Positions 30,750-40,528 of a stretch of 64,000 nt of DNA are shown here, one piece after another. This DNA is from Candidatus Zixiibacteriota bacterium (GTDB taxonomy: Bacteria > Zixibacteria > MSB-5A5 > GN15 > JAAZOE01). Made by a program: the position numbers and the translations under genes. The DNA lies in assembly GCA_043819555.1 (NCBI GenBank), contig JBDREQ010000073.1, forward strand, positions 128,001 through 192,000, in the 5' to 3' direction. Each line of letters begins with the position of its first letter. Within the stretch, counting starts at the first letter, position 1. The notes under the pieces are model-generated. The model was not told the origin of the DNA, searched no databases, and saw only the letters and a program-made list of their open reading frames with translations.

Positions 30750-32036
30750 TCAATCAATTATCCGCGGCGTCAAAAGAATCAGCAAATCAGTTGTCTTAGT
30801 TTCTTTCGTCTTATGAGTAAAGAGCGACCCCAAAAATGGTATTTCGCTGAGAAGAAATATTTTGGAATGATTCTCGATTTGAGTTTCTTTGAGCAGTCCG
30901 CCCAAGGCAATTGTCTCATTATTTTTTACTGTTACGGTGGTTATAACAGATCTCTGAGAAGTAATCGGCTTCTGATTGTCAGCCGGTCCGGTATATCCTA
31001 TGATTTCTTCGACGACAGGATGGACCTGCATTGTAATCGTTGAGTCATTATTTATTCGAGGCGTGACTTCAAGGGATATTCCAATCCGCTCATCCTGAAA
31101 AGTGACGATATCCTGAATTACTGCGCCTTCTGAAAAACGATTAATCGTTTGAATCGGTATAATTGTTTCGATATCAATTTTGGCCGGTTCATTATCCAGC
31201 GTGGTTACGCGGGGATTTGATAAAAGCTTGGCGTTATTTCTCTGCTGCAAATAATCAATAACCAGATCCATTTGATGAATTGACAAATGCCCCAATTGCC
31301 AATTGCCATTTTCCAAAGGCATTGTAGCCGCCAGCGTAGAGTTGTCTGATGAGGATAAATCCTGCTGACCGGGAGAGGATACGCCGCTAATAGAGGCCGA
31401 GATGGATTTCGGCCAGTTGATTCCCAGCTTTTCATCATCAGTTAAATTAGTTTCGATGATTTTCGCCTCGACCGTGATTTGGCGTCTTCTGACATCAATT
31501 TGTTCCAGTAAAACTTCTATTAATTTATGATTTTCAGGTGCGTCAAAAACTACAAGGTCATAAGCTTTAATTTTCGTGCTGGAAGCATCCTCTTTGGGAG
31601 GTGGAGCTAACGGGATTATTTTGCCATGTCCTGATTTAAGAGGTTCTATCGCGGCGGCGGCGGCTTCAGCCGATATGAACTTCAACTTGTAAGTCTTGGC
31701 AATATTTTCGCCCGCGACCTGCTTATCTGCCTTTTTTACAATAATGACATTTTCGCTGAAATAATAATTAAGACCGTTCGGCAGAAGTATTGCATCCAGT
31801 GCAGTACCCAATCCAACATCATTAATATGAATAGAGATATTTTCTTCAATATCTGATGAAACCACCAGATTGAGATCATTTTGCGCCGCCAGCATTTTTA
31901 AGACCGTGCCAATTGGCGTATCATCGAAGTTAAGACTGACTCGGGCATTGGGGTCAAAATTGTTTGGCCAACCGCCAAGCGAGAAGACAAGTAAAAGAAC
32001 GAACAAAAAGCATATAATTCTAATTTGAGATTTCAC
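30750..32036 (-). CDS. Secretin (PilQ/GspD/MshL family)
   Basis: N0/STN and N3 domains; QITVEAKIIE, LGINW, LSNPRVTTLDNEPA, IGISLEVTPRI, IPFLGSLF, LLTPRII. Confidence 0.92.
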   Translation of the reverse strand: MKSQIRIICFLFVLLLVFSLGGWPNNFDPNARVSLNFDDTPIGTVLKMLAAQNDLNLVVSSDIEENISIHINDVGLGTALDAILLPNGLNYYFSENVIIVKKADKQVAGENIAKTYKLKFISAEAAAAAIEPLKSGHGKIIPLAPPPKEDASSTKIKAYDLVVFDAPENHKLIEVLLEQIDVRRRQITVEAKIIETNLTDDEKLGINWPKSISASISGVSSPGQQDLSSSDNSTLAATMPLENGNWQLGHLSIHQMDLVIDYLQQRNNAKLLSNPRVTTLDNEPAKIDIETIIPIQTINRFSEGAVIQDIVTFQDERIGISLEVTPRINNDSTITMQVHPVVEEIIGYTGPADNQKPITSQRSVITTVTVKNNETIALGGLLKETQIENHSKIFLLSEIPFLGSLFTHKTKETKTTDLLILLTPRIID

Positions 32037-32503
32037 AATGACTCCTTCCGAGGATACAGCGTTACCGGTTTCCCGGATTTTTCCAGGACGACGCTTTCCC
32101 TGGCAATGCTTATAACTTTATATCCGTTAATGAGACCACCGATACCGAGAACCTTATCATTTATGAGCGCCTGTGCATTTGTCGGGCGATACATAATTCC
32201 CAATAAGCGCAAATTTATCTTCTGCTCTTTTGCGGCTTCATTCTTCAGATTATGATAAAATGGATTTTTCATGATGGGTCTTGCCTCATAAATTGTAAAG
32301 ACTGAATCATGATTAATCCGGCCACCGGGTACAATTTGTTCCTGGTCTGTATTATCGCTTAATATATCGGCAGCAACTTGCTGTTTTGCAATTTCCAACT
32401 CTTGCGGTTTTTTTGACCACCTTTGTGACAAATTGGAATATCCCCAGATGATAGCGACAATGAATATGCCAAAGACTATTGATTTGCGAACTTTTTCATT
32501 CAA
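32033..32503 (-). CDS. PilP/MshK/GspB-like assembly protein
   Basis: One TM, NPF motif, LRLLGIMY..ALIND.V...G.I.G.KV..I....VVL; TTG start at 32503 overlaps the upstream gene's stop. Confidence 0.65.
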   Translation of the reverse strand: MNEKVRKSIVFGIFIVAIIWGYSNLSQRWSKKPQELEIAKQQVAADILSDNTDQEQIVPGGRINHDSVFTIYEARPIMKNPFYHNLKNEAAKEQKINLRLLGIMYRPTNAQALINDKVLGIGGLINGYKVISIARESVVLEKSGKPVTLYPRKESL

Positions 32504-33068
32504 GGCTAAACAATCCCATACGGTTTGAGAGGCCGGCAACAAAGGCCAGTTTAAAATGACAATCAGGATATAGGCCTTCGGAGCCAATAATATGACTTTC
32601 AGCCAAATGGTGGAAATAAACGCTTTGTTCAATTTCTTCACAGAACCGCGTAATATCCTCAAATTCGCCGCGAATCTTGATGCTTATAGGAAGATATACA
32701 ATTGACTCAGAATTATCCCATTTTCGCATGAATTGAATGATTTCTTCGAGAGATGGAGTAATTTCTTCCAGCTTATAACTCGGACGATGGCACAATGAAT
32801 CAAGCGCGCGGTATAGCATAATTACCTCATCTTCTCCGGAATAATTAGATCCGATATTGCCAATTGTTGAATAAATTTTCTGGTTTTCAGCCAACAAATA
32901 ATCAATATTGGCAAGAGAGGAATGATATGCCCGGAGTTTTTTATTTTCCCGAAACAGCTCGTCATTTAATAAACTAATTCGGTTATCTGCAGATCTGCCA
33001 ATGAAAAGATAGAAACTGCCCAGAAATAGGAGTAATATGGCGATTCCTGTTACTGTTAGCTTAATCAT
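32496..33068 (-). CDS. PilO/MshJ-like alignment protein
   Basis: One TM, coiled coil, LPISIKIRGEFEDI..F..EIE. Confidence 0.7.
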   Translation of the reverse strand: MIKLTVTGIAILLLFLGSFYLFIGRSADNRISLLNDELFRENKKLRAYHSSLANIDYLLAENQKIYSTIGNIGSNYSGEDEVIMLYRALDSLCHRPSYKLEEITPSLEEIIQFMRKWDNSESIVYLPISIKIRGEFEDITRFCEEIEQSVYFHHLAESHIIGSEGLYPDCHFKLAFVAGLSNRMGLFSLE

Positions 33069-34648
33069 ACCTGAACGTCCATCAAAATTTGAAAATCGAG
33101 GTCAAATTCATCACCCTTCAATCTTTTATTATGACTGATGACATTGATATTGCTAAAGTATGGATATTTCTCAAGCGCTTTAATATATTGGGCCAAAACA
33201 ATCTCAGGAGAGAAGTCCTTGATTCTCACATGGCCAGTCAAACGCATGGAATATTTATTTTCATTTTGAGTTGTGTGAATTTCCGTGAGATTCAGATTTT
33301 TGGGAATATCAAATGACAGCGATCTGACCACGACGCCAAAATGCGAATGTTCTTTATCGGAACTCATTCGGAGGAATTCTTTGCCTTGATTCAACTTCCC
33401 GACGATATTCAAATAAGTGTGATAAGCTGGTGAGTTTTCAATGTCGGTGATATTGGCGCGCGTTCTATTTAATTCCGTTTCGACTTCATTTTCATGAATA
33501 TGCTTGAACCACGATAATCCCAAGGTAATGATTAAGGAGGCTGCCGCAATTAATCCCAGTCTCGAATAGAACTTGCGTTTTTCTATCTTTTGTTTGATTT
33601 TATCAGGGGCCAAAGGCTGTTCATCCGGATTTGCCATCGCATTGGCTACAGCAGGTAAGTTTTTGTCCAAATCGGATATTGAAAATCCTGATATTTTTCT
33701 AATTTTGGATGTTGAGTTTATATAATAATGGCAGGGTATCCCGATTGAGGCCTGAATATAATCAGGCAATTCGGTCTTATTTGAATTTATCCCCGAAATT
33801 ACTATTGAATCAATTTTCGCAGATCTTGAATTGGCGATAAAAATATCAATAAATGATTGCAGTTCAGTTACGATCGATTCTATATTTGCAATTCCAGTTT
33901 TTATCGAAGAATCAATAAATGGCCAGGACATGAATTGCTGATAAAAGCTCAATTCGTTATTTTGCAGAAATACAGCGAAACTCAAATTATCATTAATATG
34001 GATATGTAAATAATTGCCGCCGGAATTTTTATCACAGGTTTTTAGAAATTTAGTCGCGAAATTTGGAAGAAAATTGACCTGCCCCAATTTCAATCCGGAA
34101 GATTCAAATCTCCTGTAAATATTTTCAATAATTTCGTTTTTGGCGACAGTAATATTAATGTCTAAGGCTGTTATTTTTTTATTTTCATCTCGCTCCTTAT
34201 TGGCAATCTCGAAATGTACGCGGCAGTCTTTAAATTTGAATGGAAAAAGTTTTTCGCCTTCCCATAAAACCGCATTGGCTATTTCATTGCGTGGCATGGC
34301 CGGAATGCGCATTTGCCTGAATGCCAAATGTTCTCCATAAAGGCCGAGATTTATAGGAATGGCTGGCAGTCGATTTCGATATAAATAGCTTTTTATAATT
34401 TCAATAACTTTTGAGTAAATTTCATCGGATTGTGAATTTTCGATCAAGTCAAGAGGGAATGAGGATACATCACGTACGCGAAATATGCCAAGTAGATTCT
34501 GCACCAGGCATATATCAACCGAATGACGGCCATATAAAACTCCCAGATGCAAACCCCATTGAATTCCTCCAATAGTCGATTTTGCCGGAAATTGTATGGC
34601 GTCAGCTATGCCGGTGTACTCTTGTAAAACTCTATCTTTAATTTCCAT
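33065..34648 (-). CDS. PilM-PilN (MshI/GspL-like) fusion
   Basis: Actin-like PilM region (R...IPAMP..EI..AV.WE....FPF; IVISG), then TM, then PilN-like periplasmic domain (IP.NL.LT; LTG; LE..PYFSN). Confidence 0.7.
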   Translation of the reverse strand: MEIKDRVLQEYTGIADAIQFPAKSTIGGIQWGLHLGVLYGRHSVDICLVQNLLGIFRVRDVSSFPLDLIENSQSDEIYSKVIEIIKSYLYRNRLPAIPINLGLYGEHLAFRQMRIPAMPRNEIANAVLWEGEKLFPFKFKDCRVHFEIANKERDENKKITALDINITVAKNEIIENIYRRFESSGLKLGQVNFLPNFATKFLKTCDKNSGGNYLHIHINDNLSFAVFLQNNELSFYQQFMSWPFIDSSIKTGIANIESIVTELQSFIDIFIANSRSAKIDSIVISGINSNKTELPDYIQASIGIPCHYYINSTSKIRKISGFSISDLDKNLPAVANAMANPDEQPLAPDKIKQKIEKRKFYSRLGLIAAASLIITLGLSWFKHIHENEVETELNRTRANITDIENSPAYHTYLNIVGKLNQGKEFLRMSSDKEHSHFGVVVRSLSFDIPKNLNLTEIHTTQNENKYSMRLTGHVRIKDFSPEIVLAQYIKALEKYPYFSNINVISHNKRLKGDEFDLDFQILMDVQV

Positions 34649-34688
34649 TTTACAGTCTCATTAAGATGATATTCGAAACGCCAATATC

Positions 34689-35141
34689 TCAAAAACTAAT
34701 TAGTATTGAATCAGGTCCTCCCACCGATGTCATTATGCGATTCGTGCCGTCGTATACATAGGCTGCATCCCAGGCATCCATGAGATAATTATTCTCCGTA
34801 CTGTCAACGTATGGACCGTTCCAGCCCCGCCTGAGGAATTTGTTATAGGCGGATATGGAATCAGGCTTTATTGCCAATTCCGATAGAGTGACTGGAGGAT
34901 GACCTATATCACCTTCAAAACCGCGGCTGACATGACGGTTACCTGCGATTACTTGCGGGTTACCCACAATGGCTCGTTTCAGCATTTGCATTTCTGAACG
35001 AGTCGCATTCCTCTTAGAATTCTGAGAAACATTTCCCATTTTGGGAATTGCCACTGCCGCGACAATTCCCAAAACGATAATAACTATAACCAGCTCGATT
35101 AAGGTGAATCCTGAGGGATTAAGTTTCACCTTGAGTAACAT
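34689..35141 (-). CDS. Type IV pilin / GspG-like pseudopilin
   Basis: G|FTLIEL prepilin motif; C-terminal WNGPY...DAW. Confidence 0.85.
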   Translation of the reverse strand: MLLKVKLNPSGFTLIELVIVIIVLGIVAAVAIPKMGNVSQNSKRNATRSEMQMLKRAIVGNPQVIAGNRHVSRGFEGDIGHPPVTLSELAIKPDSISAYNKFLRRGWNGPYVDSTENNYLMDAWDAAYVYDGTNRIMTSVGGPDSILISF

Positions 35142-35142
35142 A

Positions 35143-35565
35143 TTACCATTGGTTCTCGCCGGTTGTATTCGTATTCGGCCAAATCTCTCCCGTAGCGGCT
35201 TTATAAGCCCATCCGCAGTTAGCCCCGACTACTGTGCCTTTGGTTACCCCAGCAACAATGCTATCAGGATAATTGGCGTCTGAACAAAATGGATTTCCCG
35301 GTACCTGCTGTTCCATTACGATGCCGATAGTATTCAGACTGTCAAGTGCCGGCCAGGTAGCGGTGCCGGTTTTTACGGCTTGATTGGCGTAATAAATAGT
35401 AATAGCTGAGCGTAACCCGCCCAAAGCGCCGCGGCATGATGCCTCTTTGGCATCAGATGTTATATCCTGGTACTTAGGAATAGCGATAGCAGCAAGAATA
35501 CCGAGGACGACAATAATGATTACCAACTCAATAAGAGTAAAACCAGAGTTTTTGGTAAGACGCAT
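35143..35565 (-). CDS. Type IV major pilin candidate (MshA-like)
   Basis: G|FTLIELVIIIVVLGILAAIAIPKY....AK.AS..GA.G.LRSA; AGGAAGGAG SD; own promoter. Confidence 0.88.
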   Translation of the reverse strand: MRLTKNSGFTLIELVIIIVVLGILAAIAIPKYQDITSDAKEASCRGALGGLRSAITIYYANQAVKTGTATWPALDSLNTIGIVMEQQVPGNPFCSDANYPDSIVAGVTKGTVVGANCGWAYKAATGEIWPNTNTTGENQW

Positions 35566-35617
35566 TTTTTGGATCTCCTTCTTAACAAAATTAGGTTATG
35601 TCAGTACCTATAAATCA

Positions 35618-35644
35618 TTATCGGATTAATGATTGAAGATTTTA
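35618..35644 (-). promoter_or_regulatory. Putative sigma28-type promoter (pilin)
   Basis: Minus strand TAAA-N15-TCCGATAA. Confidence 0.65.
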
Positions 35645-35651
35645 GTTCCTT

Positions 35652-36869
35652 TTATCGGAATACTTGAATTAAATTCCACATGGGAAGGAATATTGACAAG
35701 GCCAGTACTAAAACCATTGCCCCGATTACTAATGTTAGTAATGGTTCTATCAATGCCGTCAGATTTTGAGATTTGTACTCCAATTCCATTTCATAATGGT
35801 TTGCCAATTCTCCCATCATTGAATCGATAGTTCCTGATTCCAGGCCAACCTGAAAAACTTCTAAGGCCATGGCTGGGAAGTGCTTATATTCTTTGTCCCC
35901 TTCAAGCCCTATTTCATGTCCCGTTTCAAATGAATCGGCTATTTGGGAAATTTCAGCGGCAATTACCTTATTTGAGGTTGTTTCCTGAAGGATATTCAGA
36001 CAGCTTACCATAGGGACACCGCTTTTAAACAGGGATCTCAGCATTGTTGCAAAGCGAGCAATATTGAATTTTACGGTCAAATCTCCGATTAGTGGGATTT
36101 TTAAAATTAGATTATCCCAGAAAAATCTTCCCTTAGTTGTTGCCAAGTATTTTTTCATTCCGAAGATTCCAATTATTATCAGGGCTAAAATCACGTACCA
36201 GTAGGATGAAAAGACATTGCTGACACCAACCACGATTTTGGTTGGCAGAGGCAAATCAGCCCCGAATTTGCCATAGATACCGTAAAACTTTGGAATCACA
36301 AAAGACATTAGAATAAAGACTGCAATGGCGATTGCGATTATAACCATAATCGGATAGCGCAATGCCGATTTTATCTGACGGGTGAGAATCATTTCCTTTT
36401 CGATCAAATGCGCCAACTGTTTCAAAACTTCATCCAAAGTTCCCGACGCTTCACCGGCGGCGACGGATGCAATATAAATCGACGGGAATTTCTTTGGGTG
36501 ACGGCTCATGGCCTTAGATAGAGTCAATCCCGATTGCAGATCCTTTTTTATCTCGGCGACTTCTTCGCTTAAACCCAATTCCTTTGCGCCTCTTTCAATA
36601 ATTGATAAGGTTCGCAAAATAGGTATTCCGGCGCGGTACAGGGTTAATAATTTTTTAGTAAAGACAATCAGGCTCTCACGATTGGCTGAGCCGAAATTCC
36701 CTAAAATGCCTGAAAATGAAATGCCCACGGAACGTGGTTTTACACTCGTTGGGATTAATCCTTGTTCTGATAGCGATCGAATGACATTATCGCGCGCTTC
36801 GGCATCCGTCTGTCCGGTAATAAGGTTCCCGGCATGATCGCGGGCTTTATAAGTCCAGACTTGCTTCAC
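35652..36869 (-). CDS. Inner-membrane platform protein PilC/GspF/MshG
   Basis: AGIPIL..L, G.TLS.AM..HP..F, AGEASGTL, ALRYP, LPLPT, IEP. Confidence 0.93.
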   Translation of the reverse strand: MKQVWTYKARDHAGNLITGQTDAEARDNVIRSLSEQGLIPTSVKPRSVGISFSGILGNFGSANRESLIVFTKKLLTLYRAGIPILRTLSIIERGAKELGLSEEVAEIKKDLQSGLTLSKAMSRHPKKFPSIYIASVAAGEASGTLDEVLKQLAHLIEKEMILTRQIKSALRYPIMVIIAIAIAVFILMSFVIPKFYGIYGKFGADLPLPTKIVVGVSNVFSSYWYVILALIIIGIFGMKKYLATTKGRFFWDNLILKIPLIGDLTVKFNIARFATMLRSLFKSGVPMVSCLNILQETTSNKVIAAEISQIADSFETGHEIGLEGDKEYKHFPAMALEVFQVGLESGTIDSMMGELANHYEMELEYKSQNLTALIEPLLTLVIGAMVLVLALSIFLPMWNLIQVFR

Positions 36870-38598
36870 TTGAACGCACCTGATTTATAGGTTCGATGGC
36901 ATATGAATTTGACACTGGAGAAGTTACTTTGAGAATTTCATCAAGGGTCGTTACTCCGCCGGCTACAAGTCCCAAACCGTATTCGAAAAGCGGGCGATAT
37001 CCAAGACGTTTTGCTTCATTGGTGATTTCCGCTTCCGATTCATGCTTTAGAATCATCTCGCGAATGGAATCATTTATCTCGACCAATTCATAAATTCCGG
37101 TCAATCCTCCATAACCGGATTCGCGACAGTAGCGACATCCGGCGCCGCGATAGAATTTAAGGTCGTTTGGTATTCCATCGGGGAAGGCGCGGTTTAAGAC
37201 TGCCGGGAGCGGAGTTGTTTCTTCTTTGCATTCACCGCATATTGTCCGTACCAATCTTTGCGCCAAAACCGCCTCAAGAGCTGAAGTCAGCATATATCGC
37301 TCTATTCCCATATCATTCAGGCGTGTAATAGAGCCAATGGCATCATTGGTGTGAATGGTCGAGAAAACAAGATGGCCGGTCAAAGCGGCTCGGATTGCGA
37401 TGGCAGCCGTTTCGGTGTCTCTTATCTCGCCGATCATTATAATATCAGGGTTTTGTCTTAACATTGACCTTAAAGCCGAGGCAAAAGTTAAATTGGCTTT
37501 CTCATTAATCTGAACTTGATTGATAAGGGGGAGGGAATACTCGACCGGATCCTCGACAGTAATTATGTTCTTTTCAATGCTGTTAATTTCCTGAAGGGAG
37601 GCATATAGCGTCGACGTCTTACCCGAAGATGTCGGGCCGGAAATTAAAATAAGCCCCTCGGAAACCCTAATGTGCTGCCGCCAGGCCGCCAGCAGGTTTT
37701 GATTCAAGCCCAGTTCGGGCAATCCTGTTTTTAGATTGCGCCGATCCAAAATTCGAATGACTACTTTCTCCCCGTGTATTGTAGGCAGGGTAGAGACTCT
37801 CAGATCGACGATATTACCTTCAACGTCAATCGACATGCGTCCGTCCTGTGGCAAACGTTTTTCAGAGACGTCAAGATCTGATGCGATTTTTAATCGGGAA
37901 ATTATTTCGGCCTGTATTTTTTTGGGAGGCGCGGCTTCTTCACGCATGATACCATGAACACGATAACGAATCCTTAACTCTTTTTCATCAGATTCAAAAT
38001 GAACATCGGATGCCCCGTCTTTGATTGCGCGGGTCAGGATCATATTAACCATGCGAACCACAACGCCCTCGCCGCCGGTTATTTTCTTGTCATTTCTTAC
38101 AAATGCGTCGGCAGTCTCTTCGGATAGATTTTCATCACCAAGAATTTCCCGAACCGAATCGGCGACTGTATAATACTGTTCAATGGCAGTCGTAATTGCA
38201 GTTTTGCCGGCCACGACTCCTTTGATGATGCACTTGGTATGATATTTGATTTCATCGAGGGCTATCACATCCAGGGGATTGACCATTGCCACAGTCAGTG
38301 TGTTACCTATTTTCAAAACGGGAATGAGAGTAAATCTTTTTGCCATTTCAACCGGAATAGCCATTAAAGTACATGTGTTTATAACTAACGAGGAAAGATT
38401 GATTTTTGGAATCTTTAGCTTTTCAGATATAACCTCTACTAATTGATCGTCATTTATGACTCCGGAACTGACGAGAACATCGCCCAATTTATCACTGGAG
38501 CCTTTTTGAATTTTCAGGGCAGTATTTATCTGTTCCTGGGTGACATATCCCTTTTCAAGAAGCAGGGTTCCGATTTTTTTTTGTACTTCTAGCGGCAT
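36847..38598 (-). CDS. Assembly ATPase PilB/GspE/MshE with N-terminal MshEN-like region
   Basis: KIGTLLLEKGYVT..Q...AL..Q....KLGDVLV; GPTSSGKTSTLY; LRQNPDIIMIGEIRD; TGHLV.ST.HTN; tetracysteine motif. Confidence 0.94.
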   Translation of the reverse strand: MPLEVQKKIGTLLLEKGYVTQEQINTALKIQKGSSDKLGDVLVSSGVINDDQLVEVISEKLKIPKINLSSLVINTCTLMAIPVEMAKRFTLIPVLKIGNTLTVAMVNPLDVIALDEIKYHTKCIIKGVVAGKTAITTAIEQYYTVADSVREILGDENLSEETADAFVRNDKKITGGEGVVVRMVNMILTRAIKDGASDVHFESDEKELRIRYRVHGIMREEAAPPKKIQAEIISRLKIASDLDVSEKRLPQDGRMSIDVEGNIVDLRVSTLPTIHGEKVVIRILDRRNLKTGLPELGLNQNLLAAWRQHIRVSEGLILISGPTSSGKTSTLYASLQEINSIEKNIITVEDPVEYSLPLINQVQINEKANLTFASALRSMLRQNPDIIMIGEIRDTETAAIAIRAALTGHLVFSTIHTNDAIGSITRLNDMGIERYMLTSALEAVLAQRLVRTICGECKEETTPLPAVLNRAFPDGIPNDLKFYRGAGCRYCRESGYGGLTGIYELVEINDSIREMILKHESEAEITNEAKRLGYRPLFEYGLGLVAGGVTTLDEILKVTSPVSNSYAIEPINQVRSSEASLDL

Positions 38599-38641
38599 AA
38601 TAGGTATTTTTAGCTGTTAGGTATTTCTCTTTTTTATCATA

Positions 38642-38668
38642 TTATCGGTCTAAGAACAATAATCTTGA
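38642..38668 (-). promoter_or_regulatory. Putative sigma28-type promoter (pilB operon)
   Basis: Minus strand TCAAG-N14-ACCGATAA. Confidence 0.65.
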
Positions 38669-40359
38669 AGAAAGCTACAGGAGTGCAGGCAAATAATTTA
38701 AATGTTAAATCAAAAGCCAAATCCGTTTACCATAGACTGAGCCTTATTATTGCAGTTTTCGCGGCATCCCTGCCTCTGTATATTAATAACGCACTTGCGG
38801 ATACAGTTGAGCTGAAAATCATTGATTCAATTGAAATTATCGCTGAAAATGTCTATGATTTGGATGATCCCAGATATGATAGCTTCATCTTTAAGATTGC
38901 CAATAAAATGCACATCGTCACAAAGCAATCAGTCATCAGGCGAGAATTGTTGCTCGACAAAGGCGATATTTTTGACACCAGTCTTGTCAATGAAACGGTC
39001 AGAAATTTACGTCAATTGCCATATTTACTCAAAACCGAAATCTATTTGGTAAAAGGTGAAAAAGATGAAAACTTAATGATTGTCCGGACATCAGATAAAT
39101 GGACAACCGTAGGCGGAATGTCTCTGCATCGTAGCGGCGGCAGATCGGATATACAGATAGGAATTGAGGAAAGCAACCTTTTCGGGTACGGAATTTACTC
39201 ATCCCATGATTATTTTGTTTTGGAAGACGATCGCAATTATTACCAGGGGGAAATCCGAGATTCCCGATTTATGGGATTGAATTATTCGGCCGGCCTTTTC
39301 TATTCTGATAATCCTAGAAACGGCCAAATGGAAATATCAATTAATAAACCGCTGTACCATCTCAGACAGAATTGGGGTTGGGGCTTGAACCTAAATGTTT
39401 TTAGGCAAAGGTTTGATTACTATATTGCCGAAATATTGGCTGGTCGGGATCGAATTATTGGAAAGAGGCTAAAGACTAATTCTGTACTCAGATATGGCCC
39501 GGGAACATTAAAATGCAGCCTCTATTTGGGTTATACATTTACCGATCTCGAACCGAAACAAAGATTTATTACATCGAATTCTATCTATTCCAATGGAGAC
39601 AGGCTGGATTCAGCGGATATTTTACAACTATTGCCTAAGAAGCCGGATGATACATTGAGCCATACTCTTGAATTTGGATTCCGACTTCAGCATGTAAATT
39701 TTAAAAGCTACAATAGGATTAACAGATTTCAAAAGGCGGAAGATGTTAACTTGGGAATTGACATTCTTACAATGGGATATCTGGCGTACGATGCCAATCT
39801 CAAAAGATCTCTATATCAAAGAATTAACATTTGGCCTCAAGTAACGATTGGGTTTGAAAACGGGTATATTAGACTCGGAACCGATATTAATATTTGGCAC
39901 TCAGATAATGGTTGGATCAGGCGTTACGTAAAGCATTACTTTAAGTGGTACGTCAAATACCATAACAATCATACTTTTGCCATAAACATTAATTCCGCCT
40001 TCAATTATTTTCAAAATAATTCGCTGACCTTATATCTTGATGAAGACCGGGGATTGCGGGGATACCCTGTATTTTTTCTAAACGGAGACAGCAGGCTTAT
40101 TGCCAATATAGAAAACAGGATATTTTCTGATCTTGAAATCTTGTCAGTCGGTTTAGGGGGTGTCATATTTGCCGATATTGGCAATATATGGACGCGGGAG
40201 ACATCTTTTTCATTCAGAGAATCTCTGCTATCGCTTGGATGCGGAATGCGTTTTGGATTCAGTCGAAGTACTCAAGCTGAAATAGTCCGCGTCGATTTGG
40301 CCTATGCCGTTGAAAGAAAAAGCTGGCAAATTTCCATAGGCACCGGGCAGTATTTTTAG
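38665..40359 (+). CDS. Omp85/TamA-like outer-membrane barrel with one POTRA domain (start uncertain)
   Basis: TKQSVIRRELLL..GD.F....V.ET.RNLR.L (POTRA); ESNLFG.G; LRGY; F.D.G..W; C-terminal GQYF. Confidence 0.85.
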   Translation: MKKATGVQANNLNVKSKAKSVYHRLSLIIAVFAASLPLYINNALADTVELKIIDSIEIIAENVYDLDDPRYDSFIFKIANKMHIVTKQSVIRRELLLDKGDIFDTSLVNETVRNLRQLPYLLKTEIYLVKGEKDENLMIVRTSDKWTTVGGMSLHRSGGRSDIQIGIEESNLFGYGIYSSHDYFVLEDDRNYYQGEIRDSRFMGLNYSAGLFYSDNPRNGQMEISINKPLYHLRQNWGWGLNLNVFRQRFDYYIAEILAGRDRIIGKRLKTNSVLRYGPGTLKCSLYLGYTFTDLEPKQRFITSNSIYSNGDRLDSADILQLLPKKPDDTLSHTLEFGFRLQHVNFKSYNRINRFQKAEDVNLGIDILTMGYLAYDANLKRSLYQRINIWPQVTIGFENGYIRLGTDINIWHSDNGWIRRYVKHYFKWYVKYHNNHTFAININSAFNYFQNNSLTLYLDEDRGLRGYPVFFLNGDSRLIANIENRIFSDLEILSVGLGGVIFADIGNIWTRETSFSFRESLLSLGCGMRFGFSRSTQAEIVRVDLAYAVERKSWQISIGTGQYF

Positions 40360-40528
40360 CCCTTCGAAATGAAGAAAAAAATGCAATATTACAGGCTAAG
40401 AAATTATAATGTACTTGACATATTCAAAGAATAAACTAATTTATAGTTAGGAGTATATTACCCGCCCCCGGGTTTGTTAACTTATTGAATAGGAACAGCG
40501 TGAATCATTTTTTAACCACAGGACGGCG

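Noticed and set aside
32504..32662. Long overlap of the PilP-like ORF with the PilO-like gene
   Set aside because: TTG at 32503 gives a normal short overlap and an N-terminal TM.
35652..35659. Second TCCGATAA near the pilin gene
   Set aside because: It is the last codons and stop of pilC and has no -35 element at the right spacing.
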